Assembly: GCA_963813485.1 (NCBI GenBank)
Contig: CAWEZE010000011.1
Location: 15,698-79,697 of the forward strand
Length of the DNA stretch: 64,000 nucleotides
Reading direction: 5' to 3'
Source of the DNA: an uncultured bacterium
GTDB taxonomy: Bacteria; Actinomycetota; Acidimicrobiia; Acidimicrobiales; VFJN01
Shown here: piece by piece, positions 10,062 through 19,851 of the stretch
How the letters are laid out: each line of letters starts with the position of its first letter
Numbering within the stretch: the first letter of the stretch is position 1
Made by a program: the position numbers and the translations under genes
The notes under the pieces: model-generated
The model's database searches: none
What the model was told of the DNA's origin: nothing
What the model saw: only the letters and a program-made list of their open reading frames with translations

Positions 10062-10988
10062 ATGACCGCACATCGATCCCACCCCCCGATCGTGTCGCGG
10101 CACTACCGCGACTTTCCGCTCCGAGACCTGGTCGCAGCCAAGGGCGACCAGCTCGTGTCGGTGTGCATCCCGGCCCACGACGAGGCCGCGACCATCGGTG
10201 ACGTGGTGACCAAGGTGCGGCGGTTCCTTGGGGGTCGCCTGTGCCTGGTCGACGAGGTCCTGGTGGTCGACGACCATTCCCGCGACGACACCAGCAAGGC
10301 CGCGGCCCACGCCGGGGCCCGGGTGGTCGACGCCGCCGAGGTGCTGGCCGACGTCGCCGGCGGTCCCGGCAAGGGCGAGGCGCTGTGGCGCTCGCTCTAC
10401 GTCTCGATCGGCGACATCGTCATCTGGTGCGACGCCGACATCACCGACTTCGGCACCCGCTTCGTCAGCGGGCTGCTCGGACCGCTGATCACCGACCCGG
10501 CCGTCGCGTTCGTCAAGGGCTACTACGAGCGGCCGCGCACCGGGGCCCTGGGCGGCGGGAGGACCACCGAGCTCACGGCGCGGCCGGCGCTGGCCACCCT
10601 GTTCCCGCAGCTGTCGACGATCGTGCAGCCGCTGTCGGGTGAGTTCGGGGGACGCCGGGACTTGCTCGAGCGGCTCCCGTTCGTGCGGGGCTACGGCGTC
10701 GACATCGGGCTGCTCATCGACGCCGCCGAGGCCGTCGGCACCGATGCCATCGTCCAGGTCGACCTCGGCACCCGGCGGCACCGCCACCACGACCTCGATC
10801 AGCTCGGCCCCCAGGCGCTCAGCGTGCTGCAGACGGTGCTCGACCGTGCCGGTGTGCCGGCGGCCAACCCTGCCACGCTCGTGCGTCCCGGGTTGCCCCC
10901 GCTGGTCCGGACGTTCGCCGAGCTCCCGCCCATCGCCACCTTCCGGGCTCGGGGACCAGCCCCCGAGCACGAAGTCGACCATCGCTAG
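10062..10988 (+). CDS. gpgS: glucosyl-3-phosphoglycerate synthase (GT81-type)
   Basis: ORF 9810..10988 trimmed to ATG 10062. VSVCIPAHDEAATIG, GKGEALWRS, WCDADI, GGGRTTELTARP, QPLSGEFGGRRDLL, GYGVDIGLLID closely follow the mycobacterial GpgS pattern as I recall it. A folP-like gene follows, as in mycobacteria. Confidence 0.8.
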   Translation: MTAHRSHPPIVSRHYRDFPLRDLVAAKGDQLVSVCIPAHDEAATIGDVVTKVRRFLGGRLCLVDEVLVVDDHSRDDTSKAAAHAGARVVDAAEVLADVAGGPGKGEALWRSLYVSIGDIVIWCDADITDFGTRFVSGLLGPLITDPAVAFVKGYYERPRTGALGGGRTTELTARPALATLFPQLSTIVQPLSGEFGGRRDLLERLPFVRGYGVDIGLLIDAAEAVGTDAIVQVDLGTRRHRHHDLDQLGPQALSVLQTVLDRAGVPAANPATLVRPGLPPLVRTFAELPPIATFRARGPAPEHEVDHR

Positions 10989-10997
10989 CCTGACCAG

Positions 10998-11891
10998 ATG
11001 AGCACGCCGCCGTCGCTGGTCGTGCGGGGGCGACCCATCGACCTGACCGAGCCGGCGCTCATGGGGATCGTCAACGCCACGCCGGACTCGTTCTCGGACG
11101 GCGGCCTGCATCCCACGACCGAGGCCAGGGTCGGGCTTGCCCTCGAGCTGGCCGAGCAGGGCGCGACGATCATCGACGTGGGGGGCCAGTCGGGTATCAC
11201 CGGCGTGCCCGAGGTCGCGGTGGAGGAGGAGATCGCCCGCCTGGTGCCCGTCGTCGAGGGGATCCGGGCTGCGATGCCCGGGCTGGTCATCTCGGTGGAC
11301 ACCTACCGCCCGGCGGCGGTCGAGGCAGCGCTGGCGGCGGGCGCGGCGATGGTGAACGACGTGAGCGGCCTCCTCCATCCTGAGGTCGCCCAGCTGTGCG
11401 GGTCGGTGGGGGCGGGGCTGGTGATCATGCACACCCGGGCCCGCCCCAAGCACAAGGTGCTCGACCCCGACCTGTACGACGACGTGACCGGAGACGTCGT
11501 CGACTTCCTGCGCGAGCGCATCGACGCCGCCGTGGCTCGGGGGATGGCGCCGGAGGGGATCGTCGTCGATCCCGGGCCCGACTTCGCCAAGACGCCGGCC
11601 CAGACGGTCGAGGTTTTGCGCGGAATGGACAGGGTGTGGGCGCTCGGCCGTCCCGTCCTTTTGGCGCTGTCCCGCAAGGACTTCGTCGGTGCCATCACCG
11701 GGCGGCCGCCCCGGGCACGGCTCGGCGGCACCCTGGCGGCGGTCGCGGCGCTGGCCGGTCCCGGGACGATCCTGCGGGTTCACGACGTCGACGCCGTGCG
11801 GGACTACCTGGCCGTCTCGGCCGTGCTGGCCGGCCGGGCGGAACTGCCGGCCGACGCCCGCCTCGCCGAGGGCCTGCGCTGGGAGCGCTGA
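10998..11891 (+). CDS. folP: dihydropteroate synthase family protein (FolP/FolP2-like)
   Basis: ORF 10998..11891 with LMGIVNATPDSFSDGG, IIDVGGQS, VNDVSGL, DPGPDFAKT, ILRVHDV. Confidence 0.85.
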   Translation: MSTPPSLVVRGRPIDLTEPALMGIVNATPDSFSDGGLHPTTEARVGLALELAEQGATIIDVGGQSGITGVPEVAVEEEIARLVPVVEGIRAAMPGLVISVDTYRPAAVEAALAAGAAMVNDVSGLLHPEVAQLCGSVGAGLVIMHTRARPKHKVLDPDLYDDVTGDVVDFLRERIDAAVARGMAPEGIVVDPGPDFAKTPAQTVEVLRGMDRVWALGRPVLLALSRKDFVGAITGRPPRARLGGTLAAVAALAGPGTILRVHDVDAVRDYLAVSAVLAGRAELPADARLAEGLRWER

Positions 11892-11960
11892 GGAGCCGAG
11901 CGGATTGGGCGGTTCGCGAGCCGACGCGTGGGAATTTGGCGGTCGACTACCAGCTCACAG

Positions 11961-11997
11961 CTTGGCTCCCCGGCAGCGCTGACCACCGGGAGCCAAG
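11961..11997. terminator. hairpin downstream of folP
   Basis: CTTGGCTCCCCGG (11961-11973) pairs with CCGGGAGCCAAG (11986-11997): 12 bp with one bulge and a 12-nt loop. No U-tract. Confidence 0.3.
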
Positions 11998-12034
11998 AGG
12001 ACGTGCCTATCCGCTCAGGCCCTAGGACGAACAA

Positions 12035-12079
12035 ACTGGTCGTGGCTGTGGGGCACATGTCCGCACAGCCACGACCAGT
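12035..12079. terminator. perfect 16-bp hairpin between convergent genes; copy 1 of a palindromic element
   Basis: ACTGGTCGTGGCTGTG (12035-12050), loop GGGCACATGTCCG, CACAGCCACGACCAGT (12064-12079), followed by TGGGTTT. A related element lies at 43541-43583. Confidence 0.5.
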
Positions 12080-12109
12080 TGGGTTTCGACGCGGGCGCCG
12101 CTGTCACGC

Positions 12110-14653
12110 CTACTCGGTGGCGATGGCGCCGAGGACGTCCAGGCGGGCCGCACGCCGGGCGGGACGTAGCCCGGCCAACACGCCGGCGATGGCGCCGACG
12201 ACCACCACGATCGCCAGGCGAGCGACCGGCAGCACGAACTCGCTGATGACCGAGCCCGGGGTGTTGCCCGCGGCCTCGACCAGCGCCCACCCGAGGAACA
12301 CGCCGAGGCCGATGCCGCCGACCACGCCGAACGTGGCCACGATCACCGACTCCCACCGGACCATCGACCGCAGCTGGCCCCGAGTCTGACCGACCGCCCG
12401 GAGCAGACCCAGCTCCCGGGTGCGCTCGTGGATCGACAGCGACAGCGTGTTGGCGATGCCCATGAGGGCGATGATGATCGCCAGCGCCAGCAGGGCGTAG
12501 ATGATCGTCAGGAACATGTCGGCGCCGGCCGACATGGTGGCGGCGAACTCGTCGCGGTCCTCGACGTCGGGGCCGCCGTAGTTGGCTGCGACCCGCTCGA
12601 CGGCCGCCTTGCCGTCGGTCAGCGACGTGCCGTCGGCCAGGTCGACGACCACCGTGGAGTCGACGGGTTGGCGGGTGTGGGGTGCGTACGTCTCGGACGG
12701 GAGCACGTAGCCGCCGACGATGTCGGACACGTCGTAGGTGGCCCCCACCGTCAGCTCGGTGCTGGCGCCGTCCGCGAACGTCACCGGCACCGTGTCGCCG
12801 AGTGCCCAGCCGTTGGCGTCGGCGGTGGCGTCCGAGATGGCGATCTCGTCGTCCGCCAGGTCGGCCACCGAGCCTGACGTCACGCCGACGTCGACCGCCG
12901 TGGCCAGGGCGGCCGGATCCGCCACGGTCATCTGCTTGGTGTCGCCCTCGATCGAGGCGAAGCCCCGACCGATGCCGACCGCGCTATCGACCTCGGGCAG
13001 GTCCCCGACCGCAACCGCCAGGTCTGGGCTGAGGCTGCCGCCGAACGGTCCGCTGGAGATCACCAGATCCCCGGCGAACGAGCGGTCGATGGTGGCCGCG
13101 GTCGACTCCTTGAGCGAGGCGGCGAACACGGTGAACAGGGTGACGATGCCCACGCCGACCATGAGCGCCGACGCCGTGGCCGCGGTGCGCCGGGGGTTGC
13201 GGATGGCGTTCTGCCGGGCCAGCGACCCGGAGAGCCCGCGCAGCCTGGCGAACGGCGCGCCCAGGATGCCCGCGACCGGCCGGGCCACGACGGGACCGAG
13301 CACGACGGCGCCGATCAGCGTGATCACCGCCCCCAGGCCGACGGTCGCCAACGACGGGTCGTCAGACAGAGCTGCGCCCGCGGTGGTGGCGACGCCGAGG
13401 CCGGTGAGGATCGCCCCCGCCACGATCCGGGGGGCCGACGGTGACGTGCGCTCGACGGCGACGTCGCGCAGTGCTGCCAGCGGCGGGACCCGCGACGCCT
13501 TCATCGCGGGCACGATCCCCGCGAGAAGCGTCACGACCAGGCCGACAACCACCGAGACGACGACGGTGCCGCTGGTCACGACGACGCCTCCGGCGGGGAG
13601 GGCGAACCCGGCCGCGTCGAACAGGCCCTTCAGCAGCCCGGCCACGCCGATCCCGCCGGCCAGGCCGGCCAGCGACGCGACCACGCCCACGACCGCGGCC
13701 TCGATCACGACCGAGACCAGCACCTGGCGGCGCGACGCCCCGATGGCCCGCAGCAGGGCCGCGGTGCGGGTGCGCTGGGCGACGAGGATCGAGAACGTGT
13801 TGTAGATGCTGAATGTGGCGACCAGCAGGGCGATGCCGGCGAACACGGTCAGGAACGTCGTCAGCATGTCGAGGAACAGCTCGTTGATGTCGTCGGCGTT
13901 CTCCGTCGACACGCTCGAGCCCGAAACCGCCTCCACCCCGTTGGGCAGCACATCGTCGATGCGCGAGACCAGCTCGTCCTGCGACGTGCCGTCGTCGGCC
14001 CGCACGGCGATGGTCGAGACGCCGTCGGGGTTCTTGGTGACGTGTTCCATCGCACCCTCGAGGCTGAAGGCGGTGAACGTGACGCCGCCTAGGCCGTCCT
14101 GATCCCCGAAGGTCGAGACGCCCACGATGGTCACGTCGACCGGCTCGGGGGTGAGCACGGTGGTGCGGTCGCCGATCTGCAGGCCGCCGTCGTCGGCGGC
14201 GCCGCGGTTGATCACGACTTCGTCGTCGGCCTCGGGAGCCCTGCCCTCGACCAGGCGGTAGGGGTTGAGATCCTCGTCGGTGGTCCAGCTGCCGGCGAGC
14301 TGCGGCGGGCCGCCGCCGCCCACGGCGTCGCCGTCGGCGCCCAGCAGCTGGCCGAGGCCCTGGACCTGTGGCTCGGCCGCGGCCACCCCGTCGACCGCCA
14401 CGATCCGGTCGACCAGCGACCGGTCGATCAGGCCCCGGGGCTCGTCGGCCTCGATACCGAGGTCGGTGGCGTTGCGCACCACGACATCGGTGCCGGCGTT
14501 GACGTCGGCGAACAGGTTGTCGAAGTTGTTGCGCAGGGTGTCGCCCAGCACCAGCGTGCCGGCCAGGAAGGCGACGCCGAGGAACACGGCCACGGCCGTG
14601 CCCACCAGGCGCCGGCCATGACCCCGCATCTCCTTGACCGTGAGTGACAGCAC
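12110..14653 (-). CDS. ABC transporter permease with two FtsX domains (MacB-like, 847 aa)
   Basis: ORF 12110..14689 trimmed to GTG 14653, which is preceded by AGGAGG 7 nt upstream. Has N- and C-terminal FtsX-type 4-helix modules and large extracytoplasmic segments. Paralogue of 26138..28678. Confidence 0.85.
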   Translation of the reverse strand: MLSLTVKEMRGHGRRLVGTAVAVFLGVAFLAGTLVLGDTLRNNFDNLFADVNAGTDVVVRNATDLGIEADEPRGLIDRSLVDRIVAVDGVAAAEPQVQGLGQLLGADGDAVGGGGPPQLAGSWTTDEDLNPYRLVEGRAPEADDEVVINRGAADDGGLQIGDRTTVLTPEPVDVTIVGVSTFGDQDGLGGVTFTAFSLEGAMEHVTKNPDGVSTIAVRADDGTSQDELVSRIDDVLPNGVEAVSGSSVSTENADDINELFLDMLTTFLTVFAGIALLVATFSIYNTFSILVAQRTRTAALLRAIGASRRQVLVSVVIEAAVVGVVASLAGLAGGIGVAGLLKGLFDAAGFALPAGGVVVTSGTVVVSVVVGLVVTLLAGIVPAMKASRVPPLAALRDVAVERTSPSAPRIVAGAILTGLGVATTAGAALSDDPSLATVGLGAVITLIGAVVLGPVVARPVAGILGAPFARLRGLSGSLARQNAIRNPRRTAATASALMVGVGIVTLFTVFAASLKESTAATIDRSFAGDLVISSGPFGGSLSPDLAVAVGDLPEVDSAVGIGRGFASIEGDTKQMTVADPAALATAVDVGVTSGSVADLADDEIAISDATADANGWALGDTVPVTFADGASTELTVGATYDVSDIVGGYVLPSETYAPHTRQPVDSTVVVDLADGTSLTDGKAAVERVAANYGGPDVEDRDEFAATMSAGADMFLTIIYALLALAIIIALMGIANTLSLSIHERTRELGLLRAVGQTRGQLRSMVRWESVIVATFGVVGGIGLGVFLGWALVEAAGNTPGSVISEFVLPVARLAIVVVVGAIAGVLAGLRPARRAARLDVLGAIATE

Positions 14654-14748
14654 TTCAGTTCCTCCTGTGGGGCTGCGCCCCACGCCCATCGCCGCCGGGC
14701 GAGCTGGCGCTCGCGCCGTCGGCCTGCAGCACTCGCTTCGCTCGCACT

Positions 14749-15504
14749 TCAGTCCCCCAGTTCCTTGATGCGGTCGAGGACGGCCGTCGGCGTCGGGTCG
14801 TCGAGCTGGTCGACGATCCGGCCGTCGGCCAGGAACAGCGCCCGGTCGGCGTACGAGGCCGCCACCGGGTCGTGGGTGACCATGACGATGGTCTGGCCCA
14901 TCTCGTCGACCGCTCGGCGCAGGAAGCCGAGGATCTCGCCGCCGGCGCGGGAGTCGACGTTGCCGGTGGGCTCGTCCGCGAAGACGATCCGGGGCCGGCT
15001 GGCGAGCGCCCGCGCCACCGCGACCCGCTGCTGCTGGCCGCCCGACAGCTCAGCCGGACGGTGCTTCAGCCGGTCGCCGAGACCGACGGTGTCGATGACC
15101 TCGTCGAGCCAGCGACCATCGGGCTTGGCCCCGGCCAGGGTCAACGGCAGCACGACGTTCTCGCGGGCGGTGAGCGTCGGCACCAGGTTGAACGCCTGGA
15201 ACACGAAGCCGACCTGGGTGCGCCGCAGGAGCGTGAGCTCCTTGTCGGACAGCGTGCCCAGCTCGACGTCGCCGATGAACACCTGGCCCTCGGTGAGGCT
15301 GTCGAGCCCGGCGACGACGTGCATGAGGGTCGACTTGCCCGAGCCCGACGGGCCCATGATGGCGGTGAAGCGCCCGGTCGGGAACTCGACCGACACCTCG
15401 TCGAGGGCGACGACGGCGGTGTCGCCCGATCCGTACACCTTGGTGGCCTCGACGGCCCGGGCGGCCGCGTCCGTGCGGGCGAGAGTGGCTGCAGCGGCCG
15501 TCAT
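14749..15504 (-). CDS. ABC transporter ATP-binding protein
   Basis: ORF 14749..15693 trimmed to ATG 15504 (GAAGGAGGA upstream). Walker A GPSGSGKST, signature LSGGQQQR, Walker B IVFADEPT. The ATG overlaps the upstream stop (ATGA). Confidence 0.9.
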   Translation of the reverse strand: MTAAAATLARTDAAARAVEATKVYGSGDTAVVALDEVSVEFPTGRFTAIMGPSGSGKSTLMHVVAGLDSLTEGQVFIGDVELGTLSDKELTLLRRTQVGFVFQAFNLVPTLTARENVVLPLTLAGAKPDGRWLDEVIDTVGLGDRLKHRPAELSGGQQQRVAVARALASRPRIVFADEPTGNVDSRAGGEILGFLRRAVDEMGQTIVMVTHDPVAASYADRALFLADGRIVDQLDDPTPTAVLDRIKELGD

Positions 15505-15773
15505 CGGCCGTCCTCCTTCAGGACGGACAGCCGCTCGCGGTACTCGTCGGCGGAGATGTCGCCGCGGGCGTAGCGCTCGTCGAGGACCGATCGGCCCGCC
15601 GACTGCGGCCGCCATGGGCCGCCCCAGCGGCGGAACCGCCAGACGAGGAACCCGATGACGGCGATCCAGAGGAGGGGGAAGATCAGGAACCACGGACCGG
15701 GGCCGTAGCCCCAGCCGTCGTGCCCATGGGTCGCAATGATGGATGTCAACATGCGTCCATCGTCGGGCCGCAC
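15501..15773 (-). CDS. small membrane protein with a SHOCT domain
   Basis: ORF 15501..15773 has one hydrophobic helix (PWFLIFPLLWIAVIGFLVW) and a C-terminal DERYARGDISADEYRERLSVL (SHOCT-like). An alternative start lies at 15752. Confidence 0.7.
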   Translation of the reverse strand: MRPDDGRMLTSIIATHGHDGWGYGPGPWFLIFPLLWIAVIGFLVWRFRRWGGPWRPQSAGRSVLDERYARGDISADEYRERLSVLKEDGR

Positions 15774-15842
15774 GGCGCGGGAATCGTCGTCTGGGGGGAG
15801 GCTTGTGGGCTACTCCGGACGTGGTACCGGCGCCGCCGCGGC

Positions 15843-16514
15843 CTACGCCCCGGTCGGGCGGACCAGCCCCGACTCGTACGCGAAGACCACGAGCTGAGCG
15901 CGGTCGCGGGCGCCGAGCTTCACCATGGCGCGGCTCACGTGGGTCTTCGCCGTCGTGGGGCTGACGTAGAGCCGTTCGGCGATCTCGTCGTTGGTCAGGC
16001 CTTCAGCCACCAGCGCCATCACCTCGCGCTCCCGGTCGGTGAGCACGTCGAGGGCAGGGGCCGGCCGGGACTCCCGGGTCTTGGTGGCGAACTCGCCGAT
16101 GAGCCGGCGGGTGACGCCGGGCGACAGCAGCGCGTCACCGTTCGCCACCGCCCGTACCGCCCGCAGCAGCTCCACCGGCTCAGTGTCCTTGACCAGGAAG
16201 CCGCTGGCACCCGAGCGGATGGCCTCGAACACGTACTCGTCCAGCTCGAACGTGGTGAGGATGATGATGCGGGCGTCCGACAACCGCTCGTCGCCGGCGA
16301 TCGTCCTGGTGGCGGCGAGGCCGTCGGTGCCGGGCATGCGGATGTCCATGAGCACCACGTCGGGCGCGAGGCGCCGGACGAGCCGCACGGCCTCGTCGCC
16401 GTCGCTGCCCTCGCCGACGACCTCGATGTCGTCCTGAGCATCGAGCAGCGCCCTGAAGCCGGCCCGCACCAGGGCCTGGTCGTCGGCCAGCACCACCCGG
16501 ATCACAGCAGTCAC
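15843..16514 (-). CDS. NarL/LuxR-family response regulator
   Basis: ORF 15843..16562 trimmed to GTG 16514, 4 nt after the kinase stop. VIRVVLADDQALVR, VVLMDIRMPG, and LuxR HTH LTDREREVMALVAEGLTNDEIAERLYVSPTTAKTHV. Confidence 0.9.
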   Translation of the reverse strand: MTAVIRVVLADDQALVRAGFRALLDAQDDIEVVGEGSDGDEAVRLVRRLAPDVVLMDIRMPGTDGLAATRTIAGDERLSDARIIILTTFELDEYVFEAIRSGASGFLVKDTEPVELLRAVRAVANGDALLSPGVTRRLIGEFATKTRESRPAPALDVLTDREREVMALVAEGLTNDEIAERLYVSPTTAKTHVSRAMVKLGARDRAQLVVFAYESGLVRPTGA

Positions 16515-16518
16515 GGGG

Positions 16519-17760
16519 CTACATACTCTCGATCGGGAAACGGGCGCGCACGCGGAAGCCACGGCCGGGTCGGGTGCCGGCCTCGAAGGTCCCGCTCAGC
16601 GCCTGCACCCGTTCCCGCATGCCGGCGATGCCCCGCCCGGCGCCCTCACGGAGCGGTGCGGGCGCGCCCGCTCCGTCGTCGTCGACCTGCACCGTGAGTT
16701 GGTCGTCGCCGTAGTCGAGCCGCACCCGCGCGCTGCCGGTGCCGGCGTGGCGGACGACGTTGGTCAGCGCCTCCTGCACGATCCGGAAGGCGGCCAGGTC
16801 GACGCCGGCGGGGACCGGCCGGGCCTCACCCGAGACGTCCAGCGCCACGTCCAGCCCCGCGGTGCGCGTGCGCTCAACCAGCGCCGGCAGGTCCCGAAGC
16901 CCGGCCGTCGGGGCCCGGGGTGCGGTCGCCCCGTCCTCGCTGCGCCGCAGCACGTCCAGCACCGACCGCAGCTCGCCCAGCGCCTCCTTGCTGGCGTCCT
17001 TGATGGCGGTCAGCGCGGGCCGGGCCTGGTCCGGCCGCTCATCCAGCAGGTGGAGCGCAACGCCGGCCTGCACGTTGATGAGCGAGATGTTGTGGGCGAG
17101 GACGTCGTGCAGCTCGCGGGCGATGAGCAGGCGCTCCTCGCTGGCGCGGCGGCGCGCCTCCTCGGCCTGGACGTGGGCCAACTCCGCCCGTCGCTCACGG
17201 CGGTTACGGAGGATCTCGGCCCCGGTCCCCAGCACCAGCAGCCATGCAGCGAGCCCCAGCGCCCGGCCCACGTTCCACGGCTCCTGATCGAGCAGCGGCG
17301 GCAGCACGGTGAACCCTACGTAACCCACGGCCAGGGTGGCCCAGGCGAACGCCCGGCGCCCGGCCAGGATCGCACTGACGAGCGCGACGATCAGCGCCGG
17401 GAAGCCGGCCGGGCCCCGGGGGTAGTCGGTCAGCCAGTACGCGAGGGCCGCCGAGAAGGCGACGGCCAGCGCCACCTCGGGCCAGCGGCGGCGAACCAGG
17501 AGTGCCGCCGGCCCGGCGAGCAGGAGGGCAACGCCGAGGGCGTCGAGCGACCAGCGCTCGGGCTGGCGATGGCCGGCCGCCGCAGTGCCACCGACCTGGA
17601 GGATCGCCACCACCAGCACCGGGAAGACGTCGAGCCACCACCGACTCACGGCCCGCCCGCCCGCGAGCAGCTGGGGGAGGCCGGCTCGGGCGCGCGGTAC
17701 GCGGGCCGGATCGGTAGTGGACACGGACAGCACGGTACGGCCGCGGCCGGGCGACGGCAT
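16519..17760 (-). CDS. sensor histidine kinase (HisKA_3 type)
   Basis: ORF 16519..18144 trimmed to ATG 17760. Several N-terminal helices, H-box ARELHDVLAHNISLINVQ, and an ATPase part (EALTNVVRHAG, VDDDGAG, GRGIAGMRERV). Confidence 0.85.
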   Translation of the reverse strand: MPSPGRGRTVLSVSTTDPARVPRARAGLPQLLAGGRAVSRWWLDVFPVLVVAILQVGGTAAAGHRQPERWSLDALGVALLLAGPAALLVRRRWPEVALAVAFSAALAYWLTDYPRGPAGFPALIVALVSAILAGRRAFAWATLAVGYVGFTVLPPLLDQEPWNVGRALGLAAWLLVLGTGAEILRNRRERRAELAHVQAEEARRRASEERLLIARELHDVLAHNISLINVQAGVALHLLDERPDQARPALTAIKDASKEALGELRSVLDVLRRSEDGATAPRAPTAGLRDLPALVERTRTAGLDVALDVSGEARPVPAGVDLAAFRIVQEALTNVVRHAGTGSARVRLDYGDDQLTVQVDDDGAGAPAPLREGAGRGIAGMRERVQALSGTFEAGTRPGRGFRVRARFPIESM

Positions 17761-17947
17761 CGTCCACCGGGAGCATCGACGCGTACCGCGCCGGTAGTAG
17801 GCACCCGCGCCACCCAACCGGGTAGGGACAACCCCACCCGCGCGTTTCCCGCTCGCTCCATATCGCCCCGAGCCGCAGTTACTTACCTTTGTGCTCGATG
17901 AACGAGCATCGGCCGTCCACTCCCCGATTGCGGGTCGGGGTCTACTG

Positions 17948-19208
17948 ATGATCCGAGACCTGCTCCGACCGTGGCGCGAGCCGTTGACGTGGTGGCGGCT
18001 GACGCACCTCGTCCTCGGCGTGTTCATCGGCATCGCCACGTTCACGCTGATGGTCGTGCTGCTGGCGCTGTCGGTCAGCCTGCTGATCACGTTCCCGCTG
18101 GCGCTGCCGTTCGTCTGGGCGCTGTTCGTGGTGGCCCGCGGCATCGGCCACGTCGAACGCAGCCGCTACGCCGCGCTGCTGGGCGTCGAGATGGTCGATC
18201 CGGTCCCGCCCCTCCGGGAGACATCGCTCTGGCGGCGGCTGGTCGAGCGGGTGAAGACGCGCCCGCGCTGGCGCGAGATCGTCTACGGCGTCGTACGGCT
18301 GCCGCTGAGCCTGCTGACCATGCTCCCCACCGTGGCCGCCTGGTGCGGCTCGGCCGCGTTGCTGGCGCTGCCGCTCTACGTGAGCCACCTGCCGGGCGGC
18401 ACCGCCAAGTTCTGGCTGTTCGAGGTGTCGCAGGGTGCTGCGTCGGCGCTGGCGGCGCTGGTGGGCGCGGTCGGCCTGGTGCTCGTCGCCCCCTGGGTCA
18501 CGCACGCGATGGCGGCGATCGACACCGCCGTGGGCCGCCGGCTGTTGAGCCTGCCCCCCCAGGAGGCGGTCGACCGTCGCGTGGCGCAGCTCGAGACCAG
18601 CCGGGCGGCGGCCGTGGACAGCGCCGAGGCCGAGCGGCGGCGCATCGAGCGCGACCTGCACGATGGCGCCCAGCAGCGGCTGGTCGCGTTGGCCGTGGAC
18701 CTGGGCAACGCCCGCGAGCGGCTCGAGGTCGACCCGGAGGGCGGGCGCGCGCTGGTGGCGGAGGCCCACGAGGAGGCGAAGGCCGCGCTGAAGGAGATCC
18801 GCGACCTGGTGCGCGGCATCCATCCCGTGATCCTCGAGGACCGGGGCCTCGACGCCGCCCTCTCCGCCATCGTGGCCCGCTCGCCCGTGCCGGTGCGCCT
18901 CGACGTCGACGTGGCCGAGCGGCCGTCGGCGGCGGTCGAGAGCACCGCGTACTTCGTGGTCGCCGAGGCGCTCACCAACGTCGCCCGCCACGCCGAGGCC
19001 ACGTCCGCGGTGGTCACGATCGCGCGAGCCGGTGACCGCCTGGTCATCGAGGTGCGCGACGACGGGCGCGGTGGCGCCAATCCCGAGGCCGGCACCGGCC
19101 TGCGCGGGCTGACGCGACCGGGTGATGGCCCACGGAGGCAGCATGCACGTGGTCAGCCCCCCGGGCGGACCGACGACGCTGCTGGTGGAGCTCCCATGCG
19201 GATCGTGA
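17948..19208 (+). pseudogene. sensor histidine kinase (HisKA_3 type), 1-nt frameshift near the 3' end
   Basis: ATG 17948 (MIRDLLRPW...), membrane sensor region, H-box ERDLHDGAQQRLVAL, AEALTNVARHA. After GTGLRGL (~19112) the +1 frame gives DRVMAHGGSMHVVSPPGGPTTLLVELPCGS-TGA (19206-19208), a canonical kinase end. As sequenced, it reads through into the RR gene. Confidence 0.75.
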
Positions 19209-19840
19209 TCGCCGAGGACTCCGTGCTCCTGCGCGCCGGCCTCACCCGGCTGCTGGCAGACGCCGGGGAGGAGGTGGTCGCCGCCGTCGACAACGCCGAC
19301 GACCTGCTCACCGTCGTCGAACGTCACCAGCCCGACCTGGCGGTCGTCGACGTGCGCATGCCCCCGACCCACACCGACGACGGCCTCCGCGCTGCACTGC
19401 AGATCCGGGCACGGTGGCCCGCCATCGCCATCCTCGTCCTGTCGCAGTACGTGGAGGAGACGTACGCCACCGAGCTCCTGGCCGACGACACCAGCGGGCT
19501 CGGCTACCTGCTCAAGGACCGCATCGCCGACGTCGGCGAGTTCCTCGACGGCGTCCGGCGCGTGGGCGCCGGGGGCACGGTGCTCGATCCCGAGGTCGTG
19601 GCCCAGCTCCTGGCCCGGTCGCGCCGGCGGGACCCATTGGACCGCCTGTCGCCTCGCGAGCGCGAGGTGCTCGGGCTCATGGCCGAGGGGCGTTCCAACG
19701 CCGCCATCGCCCGTGAGCTCGTGGTGAGCGACGGCGCCGTCGAGAAGCACGTGAGCAACATCTTCACCAAGTTGGACCTGCCGCCCACCGAGCACGATCA
19801 CCGCCGCGTGCTCGCCGTGCTGCGGTGGCTCGAGACCTGA
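19196..19840 (+). CDS. NarL/LuxR-family response regulator
   Basis: ATG 19196 (MRIVIAEDSVLLRAGL), VVDVRMPP, and LuxR HTH LSPREREVLGLMAEGRSNAAIARELVVSDGAVEKHVSNIFTKL. Overlaps the restored kinase stop. Confidence 0.9.
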   Translation: MRIVIAEDSVLLRAGLTRLLADAGEEVVAAVDNADDLLTVVERHQPDLAVVDVRMPPTHTDDGLRAALQIRARWPAIAILVLSQYVEETYATELLADDTSGLGYLLKDRIADVGEFLDGVRRVGAGGTVLDPEVVAQLLARSRRRDPLDRLSPREREVLGLMAEGRSNAAIARELVVSDGAVEKHVSNIFTKLDLPPTEHDHRRVLAVLRWLET

Positions 19841-19851
19841 GGGATCCTGCA

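Noticed and set aside
9261-11783. 840-aa reverse-strand ORF
   Set aside because: It is antisense to gpgS and folP and overlaps the GlxA regulator out of frame. Its low-complexity composition is typical of shadow ORFs in high-GC DNA.
17891-19840. Apparent hybrid histidine kinase-response regulator fusion (649 aa)
   Set aside because: The linker (TRPGDGPRRQHARGQPPGRTDDAAGGAP) is out-of-frame kinase sequence. The +1 frame gives the canonical kinase C-terminus and a stop overlapping the RR ATG. This is a 1-nt indel artefact or mutation, not a hybrid kinase.
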